IMG/VR virus record: IMGVR_UViG_3300003873_000011
Coordinates: 1 to 62,828 of that record
Source: a virus
Taxonomy: Duplodnaviria > Caudoviricetes
Length of the DNA: 62,828 nt
Reading direction: 5' to 3' (one strand)
The first letter of the stretch is position 1. Every line of letters starts with the position of its first letter. Both the position numbers and the translations under genes were made by a program. The notes under the pieces are model-generated. The model did not search any database, was not told the DNA's origin, and was given only the letters and a program-made list of their open reading frames with translations. Below are positions 48,096 to 58,600 of the stretch, piece after piece.

Positions 48096-49007
48096 CTACC
48101 CCCAAGGAGTATCAGATTCAGGTTCTGTATCAATATCTACACTGTCACTAGTACCACCAGACTTAAGAACTTCCATTCTCGCAGCTACCTCATCAGCTGA
48201 CATACCACTTAGAATTAGGTCAATTGCTCTTTCTCTTTCTTTCTTAGGTACATTATCTTGTCCACCTTGCTCCTCGTTAAGGCTGTTACCAGCTTTGTAG
48301 TAGTCTACTGCTGCTTGTACAATTGGGTTAAGTACTTTAGATTTTCTGTCTCTATTTTCATAGTTGTTATCATTATATCCCACATTGATAGTAGTTTTAA
48401 TACCTTCAGCACCATCTCCCTTAGTCCAGTACTCAAAGCTTGAACCAAATTTTTCTTTATCACCATCTTTAATCTCACTAACTGAAGCTTTATCACTATG
48501 TCTAAACATAGCATCTTGTTTGAATTTGTGTACTTCTTGATTAGTAAAGATACTATCACCTTGGAAGTTCATGTTAAGAGCTGTTGTTGTAATAATACCA
48601 TACTTAGCTCCTTTGAACACTCTTACAGCTTTAGCTTGTACATCTTTTTTAAATCTAGTTGTATAAGCTTCATTTGGTACTGTATCTCCAATTTTAGTGA
48701 ACTCATTAAACTCAGCTTCTCTATCAGTGACAATAGCTATCTTGCCCATCATACTTACGAGCTCACTTGTACCGTTAGGGTTGTAAGTGTTTAGTTCTTG
48801 TACTAGTGTAGCACCAGTATCTGCTGTGAACACTACCTCAGCTTCTACAAAAGTTTTACCTTCAGCTTCACCTGTACCAGCTTTTTCCCACACAAAAAAC
48901 TCTGTGTCTACGATGTTGTGTACACCTGGTTCGTAAATTGTCTTTGCACCTTGTACTTGTATCTCTTCTTTAATCTCGTCTATGTTAATCTTTCTAAAAA
49001 AGTCCAT
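48096..49007 (-). CDS. Putative single-stranded DNA-binding protein (N4 gp45-like)
   Basis: Acidic tail ending ...DTEPESDTPWG; next to Sak4-like ATPase and primase. Confidence 0.6.
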   Translation of the reverse strand: MDFFRKINIDEIKEEIQVQGAKTIYEPGVHNIVDTEFFVWEKAGTGEAEGKTFVEAEVVFTADTGATLVQELNTYNPNGTSELVSMMGKIAIVTDREAEFNEFTKIGDTVPNEAYTTRFKKDVQAKAVRVFKGAKYGIITTTALNMNFQGDSIFTNQEVHKFKQDAMFRHSDKASVSEIKDGDKEKFGSSFEYWTKGDGAEGIKTTINVGYNDNNYENRDRKSKVLNPIVQAAVDYYKAGNSLNEEQGGQDNVPKKERERAIDLILSGMSADEVAARMEVLKSGGTSDSVDIDTEPESDTPWG

Positions 49008-49243
49008 TTGTTTCCTTGTTATGTTGTTTTAGTTTGTTATTCCGTTACTTAGTGTGTTGTTACACCAAAAGTCATTTAGTTTTTTTATATGAGTTTATAC
49101 CAAGATTCCTCAAAGGTTTGTCAGACTCAGTTAACTCTACCTAATTCACTACTCTTTAAAAGTTATCAGTACTTATCTCTGAATGGCTACTTCTAAGCCC
49201 ACTTCCTAAGCTGTTTGTGCAATGTATTAATCTTGCATTGTTT

Positions 49244-50203
49244 TTATAAAACTTGTTTGATTATTGCTTCTAAACGAGCTGAAGGCATTCTCGTATCCCA
49301 TTTACTATTAATCTTGTTCATTAACAGTCTGATAGATCTTTCATCACACCCTGCTTGTTTCATCTTATTTGCAGCAACAAATAAAAATAGACTACCTTGT
49401 CCTGCCTTAGCCTCAATTACAAAATTAAACTCTTCATTAAAATTATGAATCATTGCTTGTTGTGCTTTTGCTTGTTGTGCCTTAGTCATAGGCGTGTTGT
49501 AATCTTTTGCTTGTACTTCAGTTGTACTATCTTGTATGAAGTTAGATATATCCATTGGAGGTATACCACTATCTAAATTGTCCAATACAGTCCCACCACT
49601 ATAAGCAAACATCACTTGACTTCTCCCTAGTAGGTCAATATCTAACATCAACTCATCAGCAATTCTCTGTATTACGTACTTGTAAACAGCGTTGTTCTCC
49701 CCTAATTCTTGTTGTATAGGTATTAATACCCTAAACTTCCTTTTATTGTTAGGATCTGAAGTTGTTGCTATAATATGTAAAGTACCACTTAAGTAAGTCT
49801 CATGTAGTACATCAATATCAATATCTGATTTATCTACATCAAGAACTATATAGTTCGTAGTAGATTTTATGTTCTCATCACTTCTGTAACCTCTTTCGAA
49901 TTCAAAAGGACTATAAGCACAGTCTTTACTTAGCAGTGTTACTAAGTTTTTAAGACCAGTATTATAGTATTTAAAACCTTTGTAAGCCCTTGATTTTCTA
50001 TCTTCTTTCGAAGTCCCTGGCTTAAATTCAAGATATGAGAACCCATAACCACTTTTAGCTTCTTTTATATGCTCAATTACTAGTATAGACGATTTGTAGT
50101 TAGCTCTTACAATAATCTTACCTTGTAAAGCTGAGTTAACAGCCACTAGTAGGTTATCTATTTGATTTTTATCAGCTTTTGTAACAAAACCTTTTTTAAT
50201 ATC
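49244..50203 (-). CDS. Primase-like protein, C-terminal half (AEP-type core); probably continuous with upstream ORF
   Basis: YRSDENI...IVLDVD, HIIATT, KFRVLIP; frame open from 50203; no RBS before the GTG at 50146. Confidence 0.7.
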   Translation of the reverse strand, partial: DIKKGFVTKADKNQIDNLLVAVNSALQGKIIVRANYKSSILVIEHIKEAKSGYGFSYLEFKPGTSKEDRKSRAYKGFKYYNTGLKNLVTLLSKDCAYSPFEFERGYRSDENIKSTTNYIVLDVDKSDIDIDVLHETYLSGTLHIIATTSDPNNKRKFRVLIPIQQELGENNAVYKYVIQRIADELMLDIDLLGRSQVMFAYSGGTVLDNLDSGIPPMDISNFIQDSTTEVQAKDYNTPMTKAQQAKAQQAMIHNFNEEFNFVIEAKAGQGSLFLFVAANKMKQAGCDERSIRLLMNKINSKWDTRMPSARLEAIIKQVL

Positions 50204-51635
50204 TTAAAGTACTTTGTATTTCTTTATCATGTATAGCTTTAACGAACCTTTCGTGTACTTTTAAGTCTACCATCTCCATCAACTTTCTAAGACCTTTACC
50301 TGTAAACTCAGTAAAATAGATTGATGCAGCCATAGTCTTCTTATCAATTACACTTTTATTCTGTGCTAAAGCCCAAATACCAGCTCTTTTAAGTGATCTC
50401 CAATGTCTATTAGTTAATTCAGTTAGGAGACCCTCCACCATAAACTCTTCATTTTGCATATACGCTAGTCTTCTGTAGTACTTATTCAAGTAGAAGTACA
50501 GACCATACATTTTAGTAGCATCATCCGTAAGTTTAATTTTATTTAGGTCTTCACCATCAATAACCCTTTTTACAGCTTTCATAGACTCTGTTTCAATCTC
50601 ATCAATATTTGTTTTAGCTGTATTGGAAGACTCTAACCATTTTTCTACTTGTTTATCTATATCTGTATATAGGTTAATATTTGACATAGAGTCTACACTA
50701 TCAACTACAATTACATCAGCCCTACGAGCAAAATAAGAACCAAAAACATTTTTTAGTTGTTCAACTACCTTTTGGTCTTTCATCAATGGTGTAGGAGAAG
50801 TATGAGCTAATAATGAGAGCCCTAAACCTTCAACATCCCCAACTTTAAGTTCTTCTGTTTTTACAAGGTCTTCAGGAACGTTACCAGTGTCATACATCTC
50901 AGCCAAAATCTGTATAGTCTTATTAAAGTCTTTTTCTGTTTTAAATGAGTTACCTAGTTCAGGTATCTTAATAAATAAGTTGCCTAGAGGGTTTTTAGTA
51001 ATTTGTTCAGCTTCCTTCAGTAGACCCTCCTTAGTTGCCATCTTGATCAGACCCCTACTAGGTGCTTTGTAGAATTGATTCCAACCACTATCATCGTTAA
51101 CTATCTTATCAGGTGGTGTTCCTTCTTTTTCTTGTGCTTTTCTATTCTTAAATACAGCAATTTTCTTAGCAGCTTTCTCTGCGTCTAAGCTTTGTTGATC
51201 CATAATGAGCTTCAAAGCTGGTTTTAATACAGAGAGACTAAGGTCAAAGCTCATATCTTTACCTAACCCTGAGTCAGCAATGTTAATAATAAATACATTA
51301 CACGGTATGTTGGTTTGTTTAGCTATTGGTTGGCTAGATATATAAGGTCTAAATTTACCAAATAAGTCTGTATACGCTAAAGTAGCTACAGTAACATTAC
51401 TTAAAGTACCCATAGCTGGAGCTTCTATTTCTAACAGATTAGTGAGTTCTTGTATAGGTTTAGGTAATCTAGTTATATCAAACTCAGAACCAACCTCACC
51501 ACCAATTATTTCAATAAGTCTTTTATAGTGTATTGGTAGTAGTCTTTTAGCGTCATTTACTTTCTTTATTCCAGCACTAGAATCATAATCTATTTTATCT
51601 AGTTCTTCATCTAATTTATTATCATTTAAGTCCAT
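50196..51635 (-). CDS. N4 gp43-like primase/DUF3987-type ATPase, N-terminal half
   Basis: NIADSGLGKD P-loop, TKEGL, PELG, EMYDTG, YFARR. Confidence 0.7.
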   Translation of the reverse strand: MDLNDNKLDEELDKIDYDSSAGIKKVNDAKRLLPIHYKRLIEIIGGEVGSEFDITRLPKPIQELTNLLEIEAPAMGTLSNVTVATLAYTDLFGKFRPYISSQPIAKQTNIPCNVFIINIADSGLGKDMSFDLSLSVLKPALKLIMDQQSLDAEKAAKKIAVFKNRKAQEKEGTPPDKIVNDDSGWNQFYKAPSRGLIKMATKEGLLKEAEQITKNPLGNLFIKIPELGNSFKTEKDFNKTIQILAEMYDTGNVPEDLVKTEELKVGDVEGLGLSLLAHTSPTPLMKDQKVVEQLKNVFGSYFARRADVIVVDSVDSMSNINLYTDIDKQVEKWLESSNTAKTNIDEIETESMKAVKRVIDGEDLNKIKLTDDATKMYGLYFYLNKYYRRLAYMQNEEFMVEGLLTELTNRHWRSLKRAGIWALAQNKSVIDKKTMAASIYFTEFTGKGLRKLMEMVDLKVHERFVKAIHDKEIQSTLRY

Positions 51636-52069
51636 TAATCCCCTTCTTTCTTACTACTCAACTTACACCCACAGAATGTTAGATCTGTATAATTAAACTC
51701 CTCTGCATTTCTTTTTTTGAAAAAGTTCAGTGTAGCCTCCTTAAATGTTAAACCATATGCACCACCTAGTAATGTAGGTGTTTTTACTTCTTTACATGGC
51801 TCACACCAAATATCATAGTACCTAGGTAGGTTTAATGTAGTATCTTCCATAGAGTTTACCATATCTAATAGTGTATTAGCTAGTACTAAAGCATCTGATT
51901 TCCCTAGCTCACAAGAGAAATGGCCGTCACATAACTCATCAATTGATAGAAGTCCAGCATTTGTAATGTATATAGCTACTACTCTATCTATACCTATACC
52001 TTCTGAGCTGATCTCTATATTGGATATATATTCCTCATCATTATTCTTTACTTCTATAAGTTTGTTCAT
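51635..52069 (-). CDS. Hypothetical protein
   Basis: AAGGAG RBS; 144 aa. Confidence 0.55.
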   Translation of the reverse strand: MNKLIEVKNNDEEYISNIEISSEGIGIDRVVAIYITNAGLLSIDELCDGHFSCELGKSDALVLANTLLDMVNSMEDTTLNLPRYYDIWCEPCKEVKTPTLLGGAYGLTFKEATLNFFKKRNAEEFNYTDLTFCGCKLSSKKEGD

Positions 52070-52071
52070 TA

Positions 52072-52401
52072 TTAATCTCCTTCTTGTTTAAGTATAATTC
52101 TTCTAATTGTAGCACTACTCTTCCCAACTTCACCACCTACAATCTTACAACTAGCTGTTTTCTTAAATCCTTGACTAATACACTCTAAATACTTAGCGTA
52201 TATTTGTTCATTTGTTAAAGTTGGTTTTTTAACTGTTAGTTTAGCTGTCTCGGCATCATATAGTAATTTATACTCTCTCAGCTTGTGTAATTCTAATTTA
52301 GCTTGTTTAAGTTCCTCTTCTAAGAAAATGTTTGGTTTATCTTTCTCGTGCTTTAATTTTTTGTACTCTTCATCTGTTAATATGTGCATATTATTTTGCA
52401 T
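52072..52401 (-). CDS. Putative HTH protein
   Basis: C-terminal KTASCKIVGGEVGKSSATIRRII. Confidence 0.55.
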   Translation of the reverse strand: MQNNMHILTDEEYKKLKHEKDKPNIFLEEELKQAKLELHKLREYKLLYDAETAKLTVKKPTLTNEQIYAKYLECISQGFKKTASCKIVGGEVGKSSATIRRIILKQEGD

Positions 52402-52411
52402 TTGTTACCTC

Positions 52412-52954
52412 TTATTCGTAATTATTCTTAATAAACTTTACTATAAATTCTTTTGTATAGCCTAAATCATGCAGTTTCTTTCTAAAGTATTCTGTATCTT
52501 TGTTCTCTAAGTCTTCTAAGCTAGTTAGTTCATATTCTTCGAAGTACCTATCCAACCCCTCTTTTTCTATAGAGAATTTACTTAAATACGGTTGTTCTTC
52601 ATCTACAGTACACTCACCTTCTACAAATTCCATATAATGGTAAAAGTTGCATCCAGCTTCCTCATCAGTATAGTTACCACTTAGTTTAAACTTCTTGGCA
52701 AATTCTTTAATAAATGTATGTGGTGCACACCATCTACCTTGCCCATTTAAAACAATACTGTCATCTTGTAGTACTTGTTCTTCACCACTGTAGAGTTCTA
52801 ACACACTGTACCCAGCTCTGCTAGTTATTGAATTGTCAGACATTAAACTCGATACATCTAAATAACCATCTTTTATAAAAGTATTTAAATACTCATTTGC
52901 TTCTTCTACTTTATCACCTGTTAGTGTGATATATGTATGACTCCAATTTGCCAT
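52412..52954 (-). CDS. DUF1281/YubB ferredoxin-like-fold phage protein
   Basis: MANWSHTYITLTG, RWCAP, YTDEEAGCNF. Confidence 0.5.
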   Translation of the reverse strand: MANWSHTYITLTGDKVEEANEYLNTFIKDGYLDVSSLMSDNSITSRAGYSVLELYSGEEQVLQDDSIVLNGQGRWCAPHTFIKEFAKKFKLSGNYTDEEAGCNFYHYMEFVEGECTVDEEQPYLSKFSIEKEGLDRYFEEYELTSLEDLENKDTEYFRKKLHDLGYTKEFIVKFIKNNYE

Positions 52955-52987
52955 ATTTATCCTTTAATTTTGCTTACCTAGAGTTAA

Positions 52988-55705
52988 CTAGGTTGTTTGT
53001 TTTAACCAATCTTTATAGCTTATAAAGTCAGCCCAAGATCCATCTCCAAGTTTTGGATCAGATATTTCTATATCACTAACTAATTTAATTGGTTGATCTA
53101 CTAGATATTGATCTTCTAATATTGGTTGTAATGTATCTGCTACCCATTTTATTACTTCTTTGTTATTTCGTACAAGTATGTATACTGAGTCATAAATAGA
53201 TATAACAGGTTTTATATCATTCTCATAACCTCTTTTTCTTACCTTTTTCATAAACTTTGTTAAAGCTATTAGTGGCAGTAAACTAAAGAACTGGTTTGAT
53301 ACATTATTTAATGTTCTAATAGCTCCATTGTTTAGTCTCTTGGTTTGGTTAATATATGCTCCTAATCCCATATGAAAGTCTTTATGTTTCTTTACTTGTT
53401 TTAATATTATTTCTTCTCTGTATTTTTTTAGACCTGGGTATAGGTTATTATGATAAGCATAGTGCATTGTTTTTGCTGGATATACAGCTACTTTAAAGAA
53501 TTCTTCTAGTTCTTGTGGTATATTACCTTTGTAGTCATCAATTTTAATCCATTTAGCATTTTGTTTAGCTGTAAAGTAGTCTCCATTATCTTGTATATCT
53601 AGTGTAAATGAGTAAGTGTCTGAGTTAATTTTTACTTTATCTTCAAAAGTATCCCCTAAATAACCTACTGCTTTAAATAGACCTGATATACCTGCTAGAT
53701 AAGCTAAGGCAAAGGAAATTCCTTTTGATGAACTTCTCAACTTATTTAATTCTGGATTATTAAATGTTTCTGCTTTATATCTTTTATTCCATTCTAAAGA
53801 ACCATCATCTTTTCCTAGTATTTCTTGTATTCTTGGAAAATAACTAGTACTATGCTTACAGTGAATATCAAACTTTTGACTTAAAATCTTTAGTTTTGTT
53901 GGGTCTTGTGTAATATTTCCCATAGCATTCTCTTCTAAAGCTTCGTAATCTGAAGTTATAAACACCCAATCATCACTAGGTACAGAAATACACTTTTTTA
54001 CTGGTTTACTAAAAACACTACCAGATGATGGTATATTTAAAGGATTTAGTTTACCTCCACCAGATAACCTAAAACTTTTAGTTCCACAAAGTCTAACTCC
54101 TGGGTAGATTACACCATTTTCATTATGTTCTAAAAAGTTCTTTACAAAGTTCTTTTTTACTATAGATGACCCACTATAAGTAATAAGATGTGTTAAGTAA
54201 GTATGTAATTCAGTTCCTTCTTGAACCTCTTTACATAATCTTTCTAGTTCTGCTCTGTTAAAGCTGTCTTCCCCAGTTGTCATAGACTTAGTGTTAGATG
54301 TAACCCCAAAACCTTTCTGTAAGATGAACTTCTTTTGTTGAGCTGATGCTAATGGTTTAAACTCAAAGTCTAGCATAACTTTAGATGCTTTATTTTTAGA
54401 TGTTTCACTAGTCTTAGCTATTTTGTCTTGTATTTTACTTATAGTAAGTTGTTTTTCTACTTTTTCAAATATAGTATTATAAGGTGGTATATCTCTTAAA
54501 GATTCTAAATCCTTAGCTTTAATAGCAGCAGCTAATTTTACATCAAATGTCTTGACTACTGTAGCTGACCAATTCTTAGCTTTACTTGGTAAAACTTTAT
54601 CAGGGTACATAGTTTCTACAAATATATTTATAAAATCTTGATTAGTAGATTTATATATCTTAACTGAATTAACATCTACTGTTTCTAAGTACTTATCGGA
54701 TGCTTCAGAGGCTTTGTTTCCTCTTAGCTTCTCCCAATAGGTTTGAACTGTTTTAAGCCCTCTAACACCATTTTCAGCCTTATCAAGTATATCATCTAAA
54801 TGTGTATCTAATTGATGGACTTTATCTAAGTTTAATGGTAATCCATTATTCATGAACTCAATGGTAATTGGCAATAACTTACGAGATATATTCTTATAGA
54901 ACCACATTCTAGTGTAGCTTCTATCTTTAGGTAACTCAGCAGGTAAAACATCTTCCATTTCTACATCAGTAGTTTCTTTAAACTCTTTTAAATGAGGTTG
55001 TATCAAGTTAATTAAAGCACAAGTATCTGTACCAGCATAATGCTGAAGTACTGGATTACCTATGTCATCTTCTGTTAAATTAGTAATATCATAAGCATTA
55101 CCTTTCTCGCTCCAAGTACCAAAAGTTTTTTTAGTTAATTCTTTAAGAGATAAACTAGGTGTTTTTACAGTATCATTTAGATATGACCATTTTAGAAGTA
55201 ATGAACAGTTAGCATTAATAATATGTTTCCCTGTATTCCAATGTACGATCCGATTATCAAATCCAGCATTATGTGCCCAAATCTGTTTGGTTGAAGTCGT
55301 AATCCACTCAAACATTTGTTTATTAAACTTATTAGGTATTACAAAACCTTCATTCTGCTTCACTGATAAAGACCACATAAGTATATTAGATACTGTTTTA
55401 GCTTTATCTATAGAAGTTGTTTCTGTATCATAAGCTATGTGTTCATATTTCTCTACATAAGTTAATAGTTTAGTTAAATCTTCTTCTGTCTCTACTAACC
55501 ATATATTTATTTTTAAGAATTGTCCTCTGATCATAGATATTTGGTCTTCTACGTCATACTTACTCAGATCAATACCTCCAGACTCTACTATGTTAGATTC
55601 ATCTGGATGTAGTCCATTAGGAAATCGTCTTCTGAAAGTACTAAACACTTGGTCTATATTTGATGTTCTGTTGAACATTGGTTTAGGTTTAATTACTTTT
55701 TTCAA
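52988..55705 (-). CDS. Family A DNA polymerase with 3'-5' exonuclease
   Basis: ExoI YDTET, ExoII HNAGFD, ExoIII YAGTD; motif A SDYEALE, B RSSSKGISFALAY, C IYDS; likely TTG start 55705 after GGAGGAGG. Confidence 0.93.
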   Translation of the reverse strand: MKKVIKPKPMFNRTSNIDQVFSTFRRRFPNGLHPDESNIVESGGIDLSKYDVEDQISMIRGQFLKINIWLVETEEDLTKLLTYVEKYEHIAYDTETTSIDKAKTVSNILMWSLSVKQNEGFVIPNKFNKQMFEWITTSTKQIWAHNAGFDNRIVHWNTGKHIINANCSLLLKWSYLNDTVKTPSLSLKELTKKTFGTWSEKGNAYDITNLTEDDIGNPVLQHYAGTDTCALINLIQPHLKEFKETTDVEMEDVLPAELPKDRSYTRMWFYKNISRKLLPITIEFMNNGLPLNLDKVHQLDTHLDDILDKAENGVRGLKTVQTYWEKLRGNKASEASDKYLETVDVNSVKIYKSTNQDFINIFVETMYPDKVLPSKAKNWSATVVKTFDVKLAAAIKAKDLESLRDIPPYNTIFEKVEKQLTISKIQDKIAKTSETSKNKASKVMLDFEFKPLASAQQKKFILQKGFGVTSNTKSMTTGEDSFNRAELERLCKEVQEGTELHTYLTHLITYSGSSIVKKNFVKNFLEHNENGVIYPGVRLCGTKSFRLSGGGKLNPLNIPSSGSVFSKPVKKCISVPSDDWVFITSDYEALEENAMGNITQDPTKLKILSQKFDIHCKHSTSYFPRIQEILGKDDGSLEWNKRYKAETFNNPELNKLRSSSKGISFALAYLAGISGLFKAVGYLGDTFEDKVKINSDTYSFTLDIQDNGDYFTAKQNAKWIKIDDYKGNIPQELEEFFKVAVYPAKTMHYAYHNNLYPGLKKYREEIILKQVKKHKDFHMGLGAYINQTKRLNNGAIRTLNNVSNQFFSLLPLIALTKFMKKVRKRGYENDIKPVISIYDSVYILVRNNKEVIKWVADTLQPILEDQYLVDQPIKLVSDIEISDPKLGDGSWADFISYKDWLKQTT

Positions 55706-56018
55706 TAAGCACCTCCTCCAACCACTCCTTAATAACATCACAATGGCATATCTTAGGTTTACAAAAACAAGTTAAGTTTAGTGCAGTAAAGCCTTCTAAT
55801 TTCTTAACTTTACATAAATCTAATAACTTATCTTGTCTCTCTTGATTTTTTAAAAAGAACTCTTTATGTTGTTCAATAGCGTTTGTTTTGAAAGGGTTAC
55901 CTAAGAAACTATCTCCACCTCTACCACAGTACAAGTTATATGTTGTACCACTAGCATGAGATTTGTAATAGTTTTCTTTAGGTATCACCTTGTACATATT
56001 TATAACTTGTACTTCCAT
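55689..56018 (-). CDS. DUF4326 family protein
   Basis: YCGRG..LGNPF, LTCFCKPKICHCDVIK. Confidence 0.85.
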   Translation of the reverse strand: MEVQVINMYKVIPKENYYKSHASGTTYNLYCGRGGDSFLGNPFKTNAIEQHKEFFLKNQERQDKLLDLCKVKKLEGFTALNLTCFCKPKICHCDVIKEWLEEVLIEKSN

Positions 56019-56019
56019 C

Positions 56020-56739
56020 TTATTCTCCTAGTTCTTGCCAATCTTTGTTAAATTCTTTATCATTATGATACCAAGTAATTGCATTTAAGATTTCTTTACT
56101 ATAAACTCTTTCTGTATCAGATTTACAAGCGTGTACTTGTCTATCTTCTTGGTCCCAGTTACTAAAGTCATGAAAAATCCTATACTTTCCACCGTTATTT
56201 ATAATATGTTGGATATTGTCTTTAATCTCTTCACATGCTTTAGTATCACCTGAAATGTATAAAGTATTTTTTCCACTAATCTTTTCAAAGATAATACCTC
56301 TACACTTTTGATGATGATGTGTATCTGTTGTGACCACATTATACCCTCTAAATAAAGTATTAGGAAAACCTAGTTTTAAGTCATAAATCTTTGCTCTAAC
56401 TGTTCTATTATCTTGAATTTTTTCGTTTGTTGAACTCAAGTAGTAAAGTAATTCAGTATAATCTCCTGAATAAATTGTTGTAGTTTTACCTAGTACAAAA
56501 TATCTATAATACAGAAAAGCTCTTAAAGACCCTATATGATCATCATCCATATGTGTAATGTAAACATTGTTTATCTCACTTATGTTTAGTAAACCTTCTT
56601 CTTCTTGTCTTCTCAGTTCTGTGAATACATTGTACCCACAGTCTATTAAAAGTTGTTTATTATCTTCTTCTATTAGAAAACTACTATTTGTCATTTTAGT
56701 GTTAAATGCTGAGCCATTCCCTATTTGTTTATATCTCAC
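56020..56739 (-). CDS. Metallo-beta-lactamase-fold hydrolase (RNase Z-like)
   Basis: IGNGSAF, LLIDCG, THMDDDH, YISGDT, IFHD, VHA. Confidence 0.88.
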   Translation of the reverse strand: MRYKQIGNGSAFNTKMTNSSFLIEEDNKQLLIDCGYNVFTELRRQEEEGLLNISEINNVYITHMDDDHIGSLRAFLYYRYFVLGKTTTIYSGDYTELLYYLSSTNEKIQDNRTVRAKIYDLKLGFPNTLFRGYNVVTTDTHHHQKCRGIIFEKISGKNTLYISGDTKACEEIKDNIQHIINNGGKYRIFHDFSNWDQEDRQVHACKSDTERVYSKEILNAITWYHNDKEFNKDWQELGE

Positions 56740-57735
56740 CTATACTCCTTGTTGTTCTTTAATTTGTTGACCTTGCTTACAAACATACTTACCATTTACT
56801 TCTGTATTAAACTCACAATACTGCATACAAAGTATAGGGTCACTACTTGTTCGTATTTCTTTAATCTCAGTACCTGGAAACTCCATTTGAGCTACAGAAG
56901 CTGATTCTAGTGTATTATGACTACCACCTGAACCACTTACAGCTCTAGTTTTCCCATACTTAACTATCTTATATGTTGAAGTAGTTTTAGCTCCTGTTGT
57001 ATTATTATTGCAATCTGGTAGATAACCTGATTCTTGGTACTTAGCAAGCCTATCAAGACGTTTAGTTAAGTACTCAATAACTTTATCATGTGAAGCTAAC
57101 TTAAGCTCTATTTCCATGTTTTTGCTAGGTACTGTAGTCTTATCTTTGAAACTCCAATTATTAAATATAAAAGTGATATAACCTACTTCAGATTTTAAAT
57201 CATAAAGCCAACTATAAATACTTAATTGTGATAAGAACTTAAAGATACTTGGGTATAGTTCATACAAATCTTCTAATGGTAGGTCATAGTATCTTGGACA
57301 TAACTCTAACTCTCTAAATAAATCTTTACCTGAGTAAACTGATACGTTTTTTAGATCATAAGGTACACCTTCAAATATTCTATCACACTGCCCACTTATT
57401 GTAAACTTACCTATAGACTTTTCTTGTCTTGGTGGTTCAACTTGTAAGATTGAATTGTGGAGTATAGTACCATGAACACTGTTTTGTAAGTTAAGTACAT
57501 TTACTTCAGTTTGGTAAGGTTTCAGTAATCTTCTCTGTGTTAGTAGTATTTGTTTGTCTGATTTAGTAAACTCTGTAGTGGATATCCTGTTTACTTCTTT
57601 TTTACCTGAATACCCTTGTAGAGATAAATCTACATATCTCCCAGCTACCCATCTTGGTATCTTATCTTCTTCAAATATATACTTAGTGAGCTCTGTCTCT
57701 TTTACTATGCTTGGTTTTTTGAATATGTTAAACAT
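56740..57735 (-). CDS. PD-(D/E)XK nuclease (N4 gp42/Cas4-like)
   Basis: ISTTEFTKSDKQILLTQR, GTILH, SGQCD...DLK, QLSIY, C-terminal CxxxC...C. Confidence 0.75.
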   Translation of the reverse strand: MFNIFKKPSIVKETELTKYIFEEDKIPRWVAGRYVDLSLQGYSGKKEVNRISTTEFTKSDKQILLTQRRLLKPYQTEVNVLNLQNSVHGTILHNSILQVEPPRQEKSIGKFTISGQCDRIFEGVPYDLKNVSVYSGKDLFRELELCPRYYDLPLEDLYELYPSIFKFLSQLSIYSWLYDLKSEVGYITFIFNNWSFKDKTTVPSKNMEIELKLASHDKVIEYLTKRLDRLAKYQESGYLPDCNNNTTGAKTTSTYKIVKYGKTRAVSGSGGSHNTLESASVAQMEFPGTEIKEIRTSSDPILCMQYCEFNTEVNGKYVCKQGQQIKEQQGV

Positions 57736-57791
57736 ATCTATCCTTGATTAATATTATTTACCTCCTTGTGTAGAGGTAGGAATTAACTCTC

Positions 57792-58442
57792 CTACCACCA
57801 AGGTTCATAGACATATATAGCATCCTCGTCCCATTCGTTAAGTATTTTATCTACTTGTTTAGAATGTTTACCATCTTCTTTAATAAAGTCTCTTATTTCT
57901 TCCATATCATCTTTAGTTAGTGGTACCTCTTCACAATTATCTCCACCAAAAGTATCAAGTATAAATTCGTTTAATTTATGGTATTTTCTCCAATAAGCCA
58001 CCTCTTCGTTACAATTTTCTATACTCTCACCTAGTTCCTCGTACTCTTTAACTAATAAAAGTGTCTCTTCAGGTAATATATAAGGTGTTGCTAGGTCGAT
58101 AAAATCTTTAGTAGCTTCAGACTTTTCGGGTATGTCCTCTAAAAATCCTTTTGGGTTTTTAAACTTAGAGAAGTTATTAAAGATCTCCCATTCCATACTT
58201 TCTGCATCTCTATTCCCAAATGCGTAAACTTTAATTAAGTTTGTAATATAGACTTCTAAAGACCCTTCATCTTCAGTTAGTAGATGGCTCCACCTAGAAA
58301 TAAAGTTCCTCACTTTATCTAGGTCTACTTGGTTACCTATCTTATCTACTTCTTTGTAAATAACCTTCTCTAATTTCTTACTTCGTGATCTAAAGTCTGT
58401 TATTTTTTTATCTTGTTTATATATACTTTGATCTAGTCCCAT
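57792..58442 (-). CDS. Conserved hypothetical phage protein
   Basis: MGLDQSIY...YWRK...DNC...YEPWW pattern. Confidence 0.6.
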   Translation of the reverse strand: MGLDQSIYKQDKKITDFRSRSKKLEKVIYKEVDKIGNQVDLDKVRNFISRWSHLLTEDEGSLEVYITNLIKVYAFGNRDAESMEWEIFNNFSKFKNPKGFLEDIPEKSEATKDFIDLATPYILPEETLLLVKEYEELGESIENCNEEVAYWRKYHKLNEFILDTFGGDNCEEVPLTKDDMEEIRDFIKEDGKHSKQVDKILNEWDEDAIYVYEPWW

Positions 58443-58600
58443 TTAATTCCTTTCTTCCCAATCTTTTGTACATCTATTAGAGATGTAATATCTACTATTT
58501 ATCATTAAGTACTCTTGTAGCATGAGACTAGCTTCTTCAAAAGTACCAAACTCATCTACTGTCTCTATAACCCCATTGTATTCTATGTTAATATAGTTCA

